A DNA stretch of 41,781 nt from a virus: the IMG/VR virus record IMGVR_UViG_3300045988_112575, positions 1-41,781 of that record. One strand, given 5' to 3'. The notes below the pieces were generated by a model. The model did no database searches and had not been told where the DNA came from. It saw only the letters and a list, made by a program, of their open reading frames with translations. The translations under genes and the position numbers were made by a program. Each line of letters begins with the position of its first letter. The first letter of the stretch is position 1. This document shows, in pieces, positions 35,279-41,781 of the stretch.

Positions 35279-35782
35279 ATGTTAAAAATCTTTGTGAATA
35301 CCTGGGGCAACTACAACAGGAACGGCGCAGAAGGCGGAGAGTGGCTCACTCTCCCGATGGAAGAAGAAGAACTCGATGCTAACCTCTCCCGCATCGCTCA
35401 GAAAATGGGCGATAACTCCCCTGAGTGGGCCATCCACGATTACGAATGGGACAGAGGCTTTTACTCTCCCATCGGTGAGTATGAGAGCATCTCCCGCCTC
35501 AACGATATGGCTCGCGACCTCGCAGACATGGACGAGTACGATTTAGAGAAGTTGGACGCGATGATTGAGGCGTTCAGCTACGACCCAGCGGAAGCTCTTT
35601 ATCGGTTCGACGAATACACCTACTACAACGGCCAGACACTCCGAGAGGTAGCGGAAGAGCTTGTAGAGGAGTGCTACGACATCCCAGAAATCGCACTTCG
35701 CTACTTTGATTACGACGCTTTTGCAAGAGATTTGGAATTTGACGGATACACAGAAACCAAAAACGGTGTCCTTGCTTGTTAA
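35279..35782 (+). CDS. ardA: ArdA antirestriction protein
   Basis: MLKIFVNTWGNYNRNG..GEWLTLPM, EWAIHDYE, very acidic, RYFDYDAFARDLEFDGY; ATG 35279 after AGGAGG. Confidence 0.8.
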   Translation: MLKIFVNTWGNYNRNGAEGGEWLTLPMEEEELDANLSRIAQKMGDNSPEWAIHDYEWDRGFYSPIGEYESISRLNDMARDLADMDEYDLEKLDAMIEAFSYDPAEALYRFDEYTYYNGQTLREVAEELVEECYDIPEIALRYFDYDAFARDLEFDGYTETKNGVLAC

Positions 35783-35872
35783 TAGCCGAAACGCCCCTTC
35801 CGGGCGTCTGCCGGAAATAGCCTACCGGCACTGATGAGGCAGGCTAAACACAAGATCAGGAGGATAAATACC

Positions 35873-36064
35873 ATGAAAACCTATTATTTCCCCGACAATG
35901 AACACTACGACGCCTTCTTCGGCGCTTATACCCCTATCTGCGTAGACCTAGCCGAGTTGGAGCGTCTGGCCCGTGACTGGGAGATCGACCTCGACGAACT
36001 GCTAGAGCAAATGCACGAGGCCGGAGACGGCGAGATCGCCGAGTACGGCGTTTTTGATAGCTGA
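35873..36064 (+). CDS. small acidic protein (63 aa), anti-defence candidate
   Basis: ATG 35873 after AGGAGG; strongly acidic. Confidence 0.5.
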   Translation: MKTYYFPDNEHYDAFFGAYTPICVDLAELERLARDWEIDLDELLEQMHEAGDGEIAEYGVFDS

Positions 36065-36140
36065 AACATCCTTCAGGATGTCCGCCGGGATTGCAAAACC
36101 AAGAAATCCCTGGTAAGATTAAAAAACGGAGGTAACAGAA

Positions 36141-36473
36141 ATGAAAAAGAATATTGAAAGAATTGTCGTGACAGACCGGTCCGACTATGACCCCAACCTT
36201 TGCTGTACCGGCGGCAGGTACGCATACTACACGGAGTACACAAAACAGGATGACGGTCTGTGGACCGTTAGCTATGCAACAAGTGCAGATTTCGAGTTCT
36301 GTTCTTGTTGCGGCAGGTTCGGCTGCGACGAGTGCGACGAGTACGAGCGCATCTCGACGAGCGAGATGCTAGAGCGTCTCGCAGAGGACGCGGCCCAGGA
36401 TGGTGTTACTATCGAGTGCTACGACTCCTACCCGGAGCAGGATGATAAACTCATCATCCGGGTTGACGAATAA
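36141..36473 (+). CDS. acidic Cys-cluster protein (110 aa)
   Basis: CSCCGRFGCDECDEYE cluster; GGAGG RBS. Confidence 0.55.
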   Translation: MKKNIERIVVTDRSDYDPNLCCTGGRYAYYTEYTKQDDGLWTVSYATSADFEFCSCCGRFGCDECDEYERISTSEMLERLAEDAAQDGVTIECYDSYPEQDDKLIIRVDE

Positions 36474-36491
36474 AAAACGGAGGTTTCTACC

Positions 36492-37007
36492 ATGAAAAAA
36501 GTAAATGAGTTTTTCTCCAACATCGACCATCTTCCGCTGAGCAAGCGCAACGCGCTGCGGGATGAAGCAAAAAGCACCTTCTTGCAGGTCGAGCACCCTA
36601 GCACCTACGCCCACTTCTTTAGTTGCTTGCCCGAAGCTATCCCGGAAGAGTTAGAAAGCCGCTGCTATTTCGCAGCCTGCCTCCACTGCTTGTGGCCGGT
36701 TGGCACCACCAACCGCCTGCCGGTAGAAGAAATCCTGTGGAATATAGCAAGGAAAGATGCGCAGAAGCAGAAGAAGCTGGAGCACGATTTGAAAATCCTG
36801 CTTGATTACCAGTGGGGAACCGGCGACATCCTGCCTGGTAAAATCTATCACCTTGCCAAGATTTTCAAAAATGAGGGCTATGCTATCGACTGCGCCGCTC
36901 TGCTGGACGATCTGATAAACTGGGACGACATGAAACAAACCGTGCAACTTAAATGGTCTCGCGCTGTTTACATGAAACCGGGCACAGACGGAATTTTATA
37001 TTGCTGA
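36492..37007 (+). CDS. orphan Cse2/CasB (Cas11, type I-E small subunit)-like protein
   Basis: Length 171 aa, helical; C-terminal IDCAALLDDLINW..(7)..VQLKWSRAVY resembles the Cse2 family signature as recalled from memory; no other cas genes. Confidence 0.4.
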   Translation: MKKVNEFFSNIDHLPLSKRNALRDEAKSTFLQVEHPSTYAHFFSCLPEAIPEELESRCYFAACLHCLWPVGTTNRLPVEEILWNIARKDAQKQKKLEHDLKILLDYQWGTGDILPGKIYHLAKIFKNEGYAIDCAALLDDLINWDDMKQTVQLKWSRAVYMKPGTDGILYC

Positions 37008-37050
37008 CGCCCCTAGACAGCCCAGGAAGGATATGTTGAAGAATGAGGCC

Positions 37051-37104
37051 GGGCCGGGTACTGGTTTTACCCGGCCCGATCATTTTCGTGGCCCCACGAA
37101 AATG
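37051..37104 (+). terminator. Two consecutive 10-bp hairpins ending the accessory operon
   Basis: GGGCCGGGTA-CTGGTTT-TACCCGGCCC then CATTTTCGTG-GCCC-CACGAAAATG. Confidence 0.6.
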
Positions 37105-37126
37105 GTAATGAAAAGGAGGATGCTTT

Positions 37127-37435
37127 ATGTACTATTATCCATTTAAGTACGACCAGATTAAACATCGTTGGCTCTGCATACGTTCCGCTATGCGTATAAA
37201 CGTGGAGACCTGCGAGAGAGCCCTTTCAAGAGCACACGGGCGCAAACGTGATTACATAGTGCGTGCATATAACAATGCAAACGATAAAATAGATGGGTGC
37301 ATTGATGGTTTCATCGATTTCTTTTTCCGCTACGTACACCCCGATTTTTGGAAGGGCGAACCATGGGAAGAGGATATGAAAAATTTTTATAGCATATACG
37401 CAGGCATTGATGAAGATGAACCCGAGTTGTTTTAA
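37127..37435 (+). CDS. hypothetical protein (102 aa), AT-richer moron-like gene
   Basis: AAAGGAGG RBS; follows terminator. Confidence 0.5.
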   Translation: MYYYPFKYDQIKHRWLCIRSAMRINVETCERALSRAHGRKRDYIVRAYNNANDKIDGCIDGFIDFFFRYVHPDFWKGEPWEEDMKNFYSIYAGIDEDEPELF

Positions 37436-37444
37436 TTCGCCCAC

Positions 37445-37473
37445 TAGACAAACCACGAAACTTGTCGTATAAT
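37445..37473 (+). promoter_or_regulatory. Orphan promoter TAGACA-N17-TATAAT
   Basis: Perfect -10 hexamer, 17-nt spacer, no ORF downstream. Confidence 0.5.
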
Positions 37474-37479
37474 GTGGCT

Positions 37480-37552
37480 GTAATCCTTCGCAGGATTCAG
37501 CGCGACAATCCCCCTTCCCGGTTATCAGGACCGAGAGGGGGGATACCTTTTT
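37480..37552 (+). ncRNA. Candidate ~73-nt small RNA (two hairpins, second is an intrinsic terminator)
   Basis: AATCCT-TCGC-AGGATT; then 14-bp ATCCCCCTTCCCGG/CCGAGAGGGGGGAT stem followed by ACCTTTTT. Confidence 0.4.
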
Positions 37553-37570
37553 GACAGAAATTTGACAGGC
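37546..37570 (-). repeat. Iteron pair copy B (reverse complement GCCTGTCAAATTTCTGTCAAAAAGG)
   Basis: 20 of 21 core positions identical to 33898-33918, inverted orientation. Confidence 0.85.
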
Positions 37571-37748
37571 CGGAATAGGTTATTATGGGTAAAAATAGGG
37601 CATTTTAAGGCACAGAAACAGCTCAAAAACGGCCCATAAATAGGCATAGAAAAACCCGCAAACCGTTGGCATTCAATGGCTTGCGGGTTTTCGGTTGTTT
37701 GGATTCAGAGTTTCGCCTAATCAAGACACGACGACATATTAAAACCCC
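37571..37748. other. Probable attP region downstream of int
   Basis: Non-coding; direct repeats AAATAGGGCAT (37593-37603) and AAATAGGCAT (37638-37647) as possible arm-type sites. Confidence 0.3.
37654..37688. terminator. Bidirectional terminator after int
   Basis: ACCCGCAA...TTGCGGGT stem with T-runs on both strands. Confidence 0.65.
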
Positions 37749-38876
37749 TTATTTATCAACGCTTTCCTCGTTTTCTACATCATCCTGACAGAGAAATTGA
37801 TTCAGCCTCTCCGTTGCCGCTTTCTTCTGCCGTTTCCGAATATGCGTATACACGTTAAGCGTGGTTTGTATATCCGCATGTCCGAGAAGATCTTGCATAT
37901 CCTTCATTCCAACGCCAGCTTCATATAAAATCGTGGCGTAATAGTGGCGAAGTTGGTGAGATGTAACAGTCACTCTCCATTTGTCCAACCCGCGCAGTTT
38001 CTTTTTCCCCTCCGGCTGTTCTTTCTCTTCTGCCAACCCCGCAGAGATGCACCACCGTTTCCATGCGCGGTGATACTCATTTGCTGTCATATAGCCGTTT
38101 TTCCCCTTAAATATCATCCCGCTTTTGTTGCGTGGAAGCCTTTGCTTCAGTGGTTCCAACAGGGATATTTCCCGTTCTCCTGCATCCGTTTTCGGCGTTT
38201 TCACGCGCGGGATACCATTGATAAATTCAACGGAATGTTTCACACTGATCAAATTTTTCTTCCAGTCGAAATCTTCCCAGCGCAGGGCCAGCAGTTCGGC
38301 GCGGCGCATCCCAGTAAACGCCTGGAGCAGCGGAAACAGCCCAAATCCTTCACCACCAAATGCCGCCCGCACCTTATCCATTTGTTCGTCTTCCGGCGGC
38401 TCCCTAGTCCCTTTTGGCAGGTTTCCGGGTAGCTTTGCAGATCGCGCTGGGTTGTATTTAATCATACGCTTCAAAATAGCGTAATCAAAAATCCCGTTCA
38501 TCACGTTCTTCCGCTTAGACACAGCACTAAACCCCAACCCCTTCGCCGCTGCGCTCTTTAAAAAGTCCATGATCTCATCAGCGTAAATGTCACCAATGTT
38601 TCGCCCGGAAAACCAGTCCTTCGCTTCGCGCAGAGAGGGCATGTACCCGTGTTCCGTGTTCCAGCCGACCTTATCCACTTCTATCTTAAAATTGAGCCAT
38701 TCGTCCGCCACCGTCTCAAACAGCACAGCCTTCTCCTTGGCTTCCTCTTCGGCCCGGCTCCACTCCGCCATTTTCCGCCTAACTTCCTTTTGAGTTTTTC
38801 CGTAGAAGTATTTGGGTTTCGCCATCCCCGGCAGCTTCACTTGCTCCTGCCACCGTCCGTCTTTTCGTTTGATCAT
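37749..38876 (-). CDS. int: tyrosine recombinase / phage integrase
   Basis: N-terminal SAM-like domain, GMRRAELLAL, HQLRHYYAT, LLGHADIQTTLNVYTH catalytic R..HxxR..H..Y. Confidence 0.92.
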   Translation of the reverse strand: MIKRKDGRWQEQVKLPGMAKPKYFYGKTQKEVRRKMAEWSRAEEEAKEKAVLFETVADEWLNFKIEVDKVGWNTEHGYMPSLREAKDWFSGRNIGDIYADEIMDFLKSAAAKGLGFSAVSKRKNVMNGIFDYAILKRMIKYNPARSAKLPGNLPKGTREPPEDEQMDKVRAAFGGEGFGLFPLLQAFTGMRRAELLALRWEDFDWKKNLISVKHSVEFINGIPRVKTPKTDAGEREISLLEPLKQRLPRNKSGMIFKGKNGYMTANEYHRAWKRWCISAGLAEEKEQPEGKKKLRGLDKWRVTVTSHQLRHYYATILYEAGVGMKDMQDLLGHADIQTTLNVYTHIRKRQKKAATERLNQFLCQDDVENEESVDK

Positions 38877-39164
38877 TGCATTTACCTCCTAGTTGTGATA
38901 CACTAGAGGGGTATCCATACCAGATACAACCCCCATAGAACCGTCCAGACCTGCGTCAACTCCTGGGCGGTTCTTCCCTTTTGTCTATCAGCTCCCAGTT
39001 TCTACCTTTTCTGTTGTTCCTGCGTGGTATCCTATCCCTGGTGACTGTATCACAGCCTCCGCAGGAAGGACCGCGTATAATGGAAGCAGAAATGGAGGGA
39101 ACCAATGAACCTTGATCTAGTCGCACGGCATTTAGATGCCACCAACAACCCGCGAGAGGTGCGT

Positions 39165-39542
39165 TCACTTCTCGCTCTGGCTATCCCAAAACGCATCCAT
39201 CATGGTAGCAAGGCCGACCAAAAATTTAGCCTGGGCGGGAGTGATATCCTCTCCCCGCCGTATCCACCCCCGTTCTACAAGTAAGTCTTCCAGCCACTCC
39301 CTCGTGCTCTTTTCGGGCACGGGGGAATTTCTTTTGTACACGTCCGTTTCTTCGTCTATGAAGTCGTGGATGTCGATTCCAAAATGAGAACAGATTGCTT
39401 GTATATACTTTATCCTCGGTGTTTTCTCTCCTTTCTCCCATGTGGAGACAGCTTTGTTCGATGCCCCAGCTATCTTTCCAAGTTCTTCTTGTGTTAGATC
39501 ATATTCGCTTCGTAAGCGAATGATCTTCTCTGCTATTTTCAT
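39165..39542 (-). CDS. cI-like XRE-family HTH repressor
   Basis: IIRLRSEYDLTQEELGKIAGASNKAVSTWEKGEKTP; divergent from the cro-like gene. Confidence 0.8.
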   Translation of the reverse strand: MKIAEKIIRLRSEYDLTQEELGKIAGASNKAVSTWEKGEKTPRIKYIQAICSHFGIDIHDFIDEETDVYKRNSPVPEKSTREWLEDLLVERGWIRRGEDITPAQAKFLVGLATMMDAFWDSQSEK

Positions 39543-39562
39543 TGGTTTTTCACCTCGCCTAT

Positions 39563-39591
39563 ACTATACCACTATTGATTCTACTTTTCAA
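39563..39591 (-). promoter_or_regulatory. Repressor promoter (TTGAAA-N17-TATAGT)
   Basis: Minus strand TTGAAAAGTAGAATCAATAGTGGTATAGT; contains ATTCTACTTT repeat (39578-39587). Confidence 0.6.
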
Positions 39592-39622
39592 CAAAAAAAT
39601 CTTCTTTTTCTTCATTTTGTAC

Positions 39623-39651
39623 TTGACATTCTACTTTGGTGGAGTTATACT
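39623..39651 (+). promoter_or_regulatory. Early lytic promoter (TTGACA-N17-TATACT)
   Basis: TTGACATTCTACTTTGGTGGAGTTATACT; second ATTCTACTTT copy (39628-39637) in the spacer. Confidence 0.7.
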
Positions 39652-39677
39652 AGACACAACAAAGGAGGTGAGCAACC

Positions 39678-39911
39678 TTGCAATTCACCGTAAAACAGGC
39701 CAGAAACCATGCGGGTCTGACCCAGGCATATATGGCGAAAGTCCTTGGAGTTAATAGAGGAACCTACTCCAAGCTAGAGAAAGACTTGTCGCTTATCACT
39801 GTGGGCCAGCTCTGCAAAATCTCACAAGAAACCGGCATCCCCATCCACGATATTTTTGTACCTTGTGATTCCACTTTAGTGGATTCTGCGGAACGAAAGG
39901 AGAACTTATGA
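39678..39911 (+). CDS. Cro-like XRE-family HTH protein (TTG start)
   Basis: AAGGAGGTGA RBS; GLTQAYMAKVLGVNRGTYSKLEKD. Confidence 0.75.
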   Translation: MQFTVKQARNHAGLTQAYMAKVLGVNRGTYSKLEKDLSLITVGQLCKISQETGIPIHDIFVPCDSTLVDSAERKENL

Positions 39912-40645
39912 CAGACCTGCAAACCTTTAACAGTCCTGAGTTTGGACTGATTCGCACCACAGAGGTAGACAACGAGCCTTGGTTCGTTGGAAAAGACGTG
40001 GCGGCCGCTCTTGGCTACAGTGACACCTCTGATGCCTTGAGGCGACACGTTGACGGAGAAGACAAGCTGACCCGGTGTTTCACCGTGTCAGGTCAAAGCC
40101 GCGAGATGTACATCATCAACGAAAGCGGCCTGTACAGCTTGATCCTGTCGAGCAAGCTGCCGACGGCTAAGAAGTTCAAGCGCTGGGTGACTGCCGAGGT
40201 CCTTCCGGCCATCCGCAAGAACGGCGGGTATATCGCCGGGCAGGAGGCCATGACCCCCGAAGAACTCATGGCAAAGGCCCTTCTCATGGCGCAGAAGACC
40301 ATTGCGGACCGTGATGCACGAATCTCAGCCTTGCAAGTTGAGGTTGCCGTCGCACAGCCCAAGGCCGCCTACTTCGACGAGCTGGTTGACCGCAACCTGC
40401 TTACCGGCATCCGCGAGACGGCGAAGGAGCTTGGTATCAATCAGAAAGTCTTTGTAGATTTCCTGCTGAACAAGAAGTACCTGCACCGGAGCAAGAGCGG
40501 CAAGCTGACCCCCACTGCTGGCAGAGGGGACGGCCTCTTCGAGATGAAGGAGTGCTTCAATGAAAAGACCAGTTGGGCCGGCACTCAGGTCATGGTCACG
40601 CCCAAGGGCCGTGAGACGTTCCGTCTGCTGTGTCAAGGCATGTAA
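39908..40645 (+). CDS. antirepressor (Bro-N domain plus KilAC/ANT-like C-domain)
   Basis: FGLIRTTEVDNEPWFVGKDVAAALGY, FKRWVTAEVLPAIRKNGGY, C-terminal AKELGINQKVFVDFLLNKKYL. Confidence 0.8.
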   Translation: MTDLQTFNSPEFGLIRTTEVDNEPWFVGKDVAAALGYSDTSDALRRHVDGEDKLTRCFTVSGQSREMYIINESGLYSLILSSKLPTAKKFKRWVTAEVLPAIRKNGGYIAGQEAMTPEELMAKALLMAQKTIADRDARISALQVEVAVAQPKAAYFDELVDRNLLTGIRETAKELGINQKVFVDFLLNKKYLHRSKSGKLTPTAGRGDGLFEMKECFNEKTSWAGTQVMVTPKGRETFRLLCQGM

Positions 40646-40688
40646 AAGGAAGACCGCCCAGGTTTCCCTAGACGGCCTCCTACGGTGG

Positions 40689-41252
40689 TTATTCGGTTGG
40701 CGGGTGACAGCGGCTACAAGGCGTGTAACCGTCCTCTACGGCCTCTGAGAGTGTTGTCTCTATCTTGCTTTGTCTCAGGTAAGAGCAACTCTCTCTGTGG
40801 TACTTCTCCCCTGTCCTGGTCACGTAGACGATGATCTCATCACTGGCACTTGATGAGGTTTCAGTTTCGTCCAGGTCTCCGGCGGAGCAGGTGTCCTTCG
40901 CGTTGGTGTCGTAGCTCGGTTCTGGTTCCGGTTCTGGTTCCTCTTTTGGTTCCGGTTCCGTCTCCGGTTTCTCTGTTTCCTGGTTGCCAAGAAGAGCGTT
41001 CTTCTCTTCCGTGAGTTCCTGGACCTGTGCTTTCAGGTTTGCAACAGCGGTTCCGTATCGCTCTAGTTCGGTTTGCTTTTCTTCGAGTTTAGCAAAGTAA
41101 ACATCTTGGTTATTCTCGCCGACATACTCACCGGCAGCGAATCCAGCCCAAACCGCGATAACCATCGCGACGACGATCACAATGACATGCCACGCTTCCC
41201 AAACTCTCTTGGGTTTCTCTGGTGTTTCAACAGACTTGTTTTCGTCTTCCAT
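40689..41252 (-). CDS. single-pass membrane protein with coiled coil, PE-rich linker and C-terminal Cys/His metal-binding motif
   Basis: ATG 41252 after AAGGGGGTG; TM WHVIVIVVAMVIAVWAGFAAG; YHRESCSYL...PCSRC; opposite strand to the early operon. Confidence 0.6.
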   Translation of the reverse strand: MEDENKSVETPEKPKRVWEAWHVIVIVVAMVIAVWAGFAAGEYVGENNQDVYFAKLEEKQTELERYGTAVANLKAQVQELTEEKNALLGNQETEKPETEPEPKEEPEPEPEPSYDTNAKDTCSAGDLDETETSSSASDEIIVYVTRTGEKYHRESCSYLRQSKIETTLSEAVEDGYTPCSRCHPPTE

Positions 41253-41321
41253 ACCTATCCACCCCCTTCCTGAACCCATGATACCAGATTCAGGGCCGAC
41301 ATGCAAGAAAGGAGGGCCAAC

Positions 41322-41516
41322 ATGCCCAGAGAATTGCCCGGTTTCCGGGACCAGCTGGAAGACATTCTGTCCTTCAGTAACGGGAGCAGAATCTTGACAA
41401 AAGAGGAAGTCCAAATCTACACCGGCAAAAGTAGAAACTGGTGTGAGAAGTATCTCTCCGTTGGAAAAGGCGGCATCACCGCCCACGTACTTGCCAGAAA
41501 GTTGGTGAGCTTATGA
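41322..41516 (+). CDS. small HTH-like DNA-binding protein (Xis/AlpA-like candidate)
   Basis: ATG 41322 after AAAGGAGGG; ILTKEEVQIYTGKSRNWCEKYL. Confidence 0.5.
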   Translation: MPRELPGFRDQLEDILSFSNGSRILTKEEVQIYTGKSRNWCEKYLSVGKGGITAHVLARKLVSL

Positions 41517-41781
41517 GCGATTCCGGGCACACTTCCCGAAAACCTGGGCGAAATCAGCGCTGGGACGTGAACGCGATCCGCTGGAACGCTGTTGCAGGTA
41601 CCGACCGCAAGCACACCAAGGGCTGTGAGGGATGCCGCTATCATGACTATTACGGGGATTGTATTTACATCCTCGTAGAGGGCCACCGAAGAGGCGTCCC
41701 CATGAAACCAGGCGGCGGATGCAGCAAAAAGACCGTGGGCAGAGCCAAGAGTGGGAAGTTTATTCTCACCGACACCCAGAA
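41513..41781 (+). CDS. 5' portion of junction-spanning ORF (continues at base 120 after collapsing the overlap, ends 306)
   Basis: ATG 41513 overlaps upstream stop (ATGA); 41702 equals base 40 and is in frame (189 nt). Confidence 0.6.
   Translation, partial: MSDSGHTSRKPGRNQRWDVNAIRWNAVAGTDRKHTKGCEGCRYHDYYGDCIYILVEGHRRGVPMKPGGGCSKKTVGRAKSGKFILTDTQ
41663..41781. repeat. Terminal direct repeat copy 2
   Basis: Identical to bases 1-119. Confidence 0.95.

Noticed and set aside
37473-37553. Leaderless 26-codon peptide starting at the GTG right after the TATAAT box
   Set aside because: The GTG abuts the -10 hexamer and would lie upstream of the transcription start. The sequence is better explained by two RNA hairpins.
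38956-39168. 70-aa minus-strand ORF between the repressor and int
   Set aside because: It has no RBS and an Arg/Gly/Cys-rich odd composition. It is more likely the non-coding leader or promoter region of int.
39105-39281. 58-aa plus-strand ORF with a good GGAGGGA RBS
   Set aside because: About 115 nt of it overlaps the C-terminus of the well-supported repressor gene on the opposite strand. It is kept only as a remote possibility.
1-41781. Search for a reverse transcriptase (DGR or retron), cas genes, toxin-antitoxin pairs or transposases
   Set aside because: No ORF shows RT (YxDD), Cas nuclease or helicase, or transposase (DDE) motifs. The only mobile-element-like genes are the integrase and the intron HNH endonuclease.

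Overview
The window is a complete, circularly closed genome of a temperate tailed phage. It has about 41,662 bp of unique sequence, and bases 1-119 are repeated exactly at 41663-41781. The host is probably a Gram-positive, Clostridia-like gut bacterium. That is an inference from strong GGAGG-type ribosome-binding sites, an LL-H-type holin, an SLH-like motif on the amidase, ArdA, and a collagen-like tail fibre.

Layout:
- Lysogeny switch (37.7-40.6 kb): tyrosine integrase, a cI-like repressor and a Cro-like protein with divergent promoters, and an antirepressor.
- Plus-strand early/replication operon (41.3 kb, across the junction, to 9.7 kb): Sak4-like ATPase, DUF669-type SSB, replication initiator, DnaB, RusA, dCTP deaminase, MazG-like, DUF4406-like and ThyX-like proteins.
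- Minus-strand late operon (34.4 to 9.7 kb): TerS, a 1.25-kb non-coding gap with tRNAs, a split TerL, portal, an embedded lysis cassette, scaffold, capsid, tail proteins, a collagen-like fibre, and a 2091-aa virion protein.
- Plus-strand accessory anti-defence operon (34.9-37.4 kb) containing ArdA.

Most noteworthy observations:
1. Two solitary CRISPR-repeat-like elements carry the type I-C signature (hairpin followed by TGGATTGAAA(C/T)). There is no array and no cas gene. Both lie antisense to the local transcription units. They are candidate RNA anti-CRISPRs or anti-repeat RNAs.
2. An orphan protein in the ArdA operon resembles Cse2/CasB (Cas11).
3. terL is interrupted by an 803-nt group I intron that carries an HNH homing endonuclease. 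P1, P10 and the terminal G are readable, and splicing restores the reading frame.
4. A 1.25-kb ORF-poor, highly structured gap between terS and terL holds tRNA-Ser, a non-canonical tRNA-like element and a very GC-rich G-quadruplex-prone block. It ends in a very strong intrinsic terminator about 25 nt before terL. This suggests a large structured RNA and/or antitermination control of the late genes.
5. An RHH regulator with three palindromic operators sits over the promoter of the anti-defence operon.
6. An orphan promoter-hairpin-terminator unit next to the probable attP is a candidate small RNA.

All functional calls come from motif-level reading of the translations. No database searches were run.
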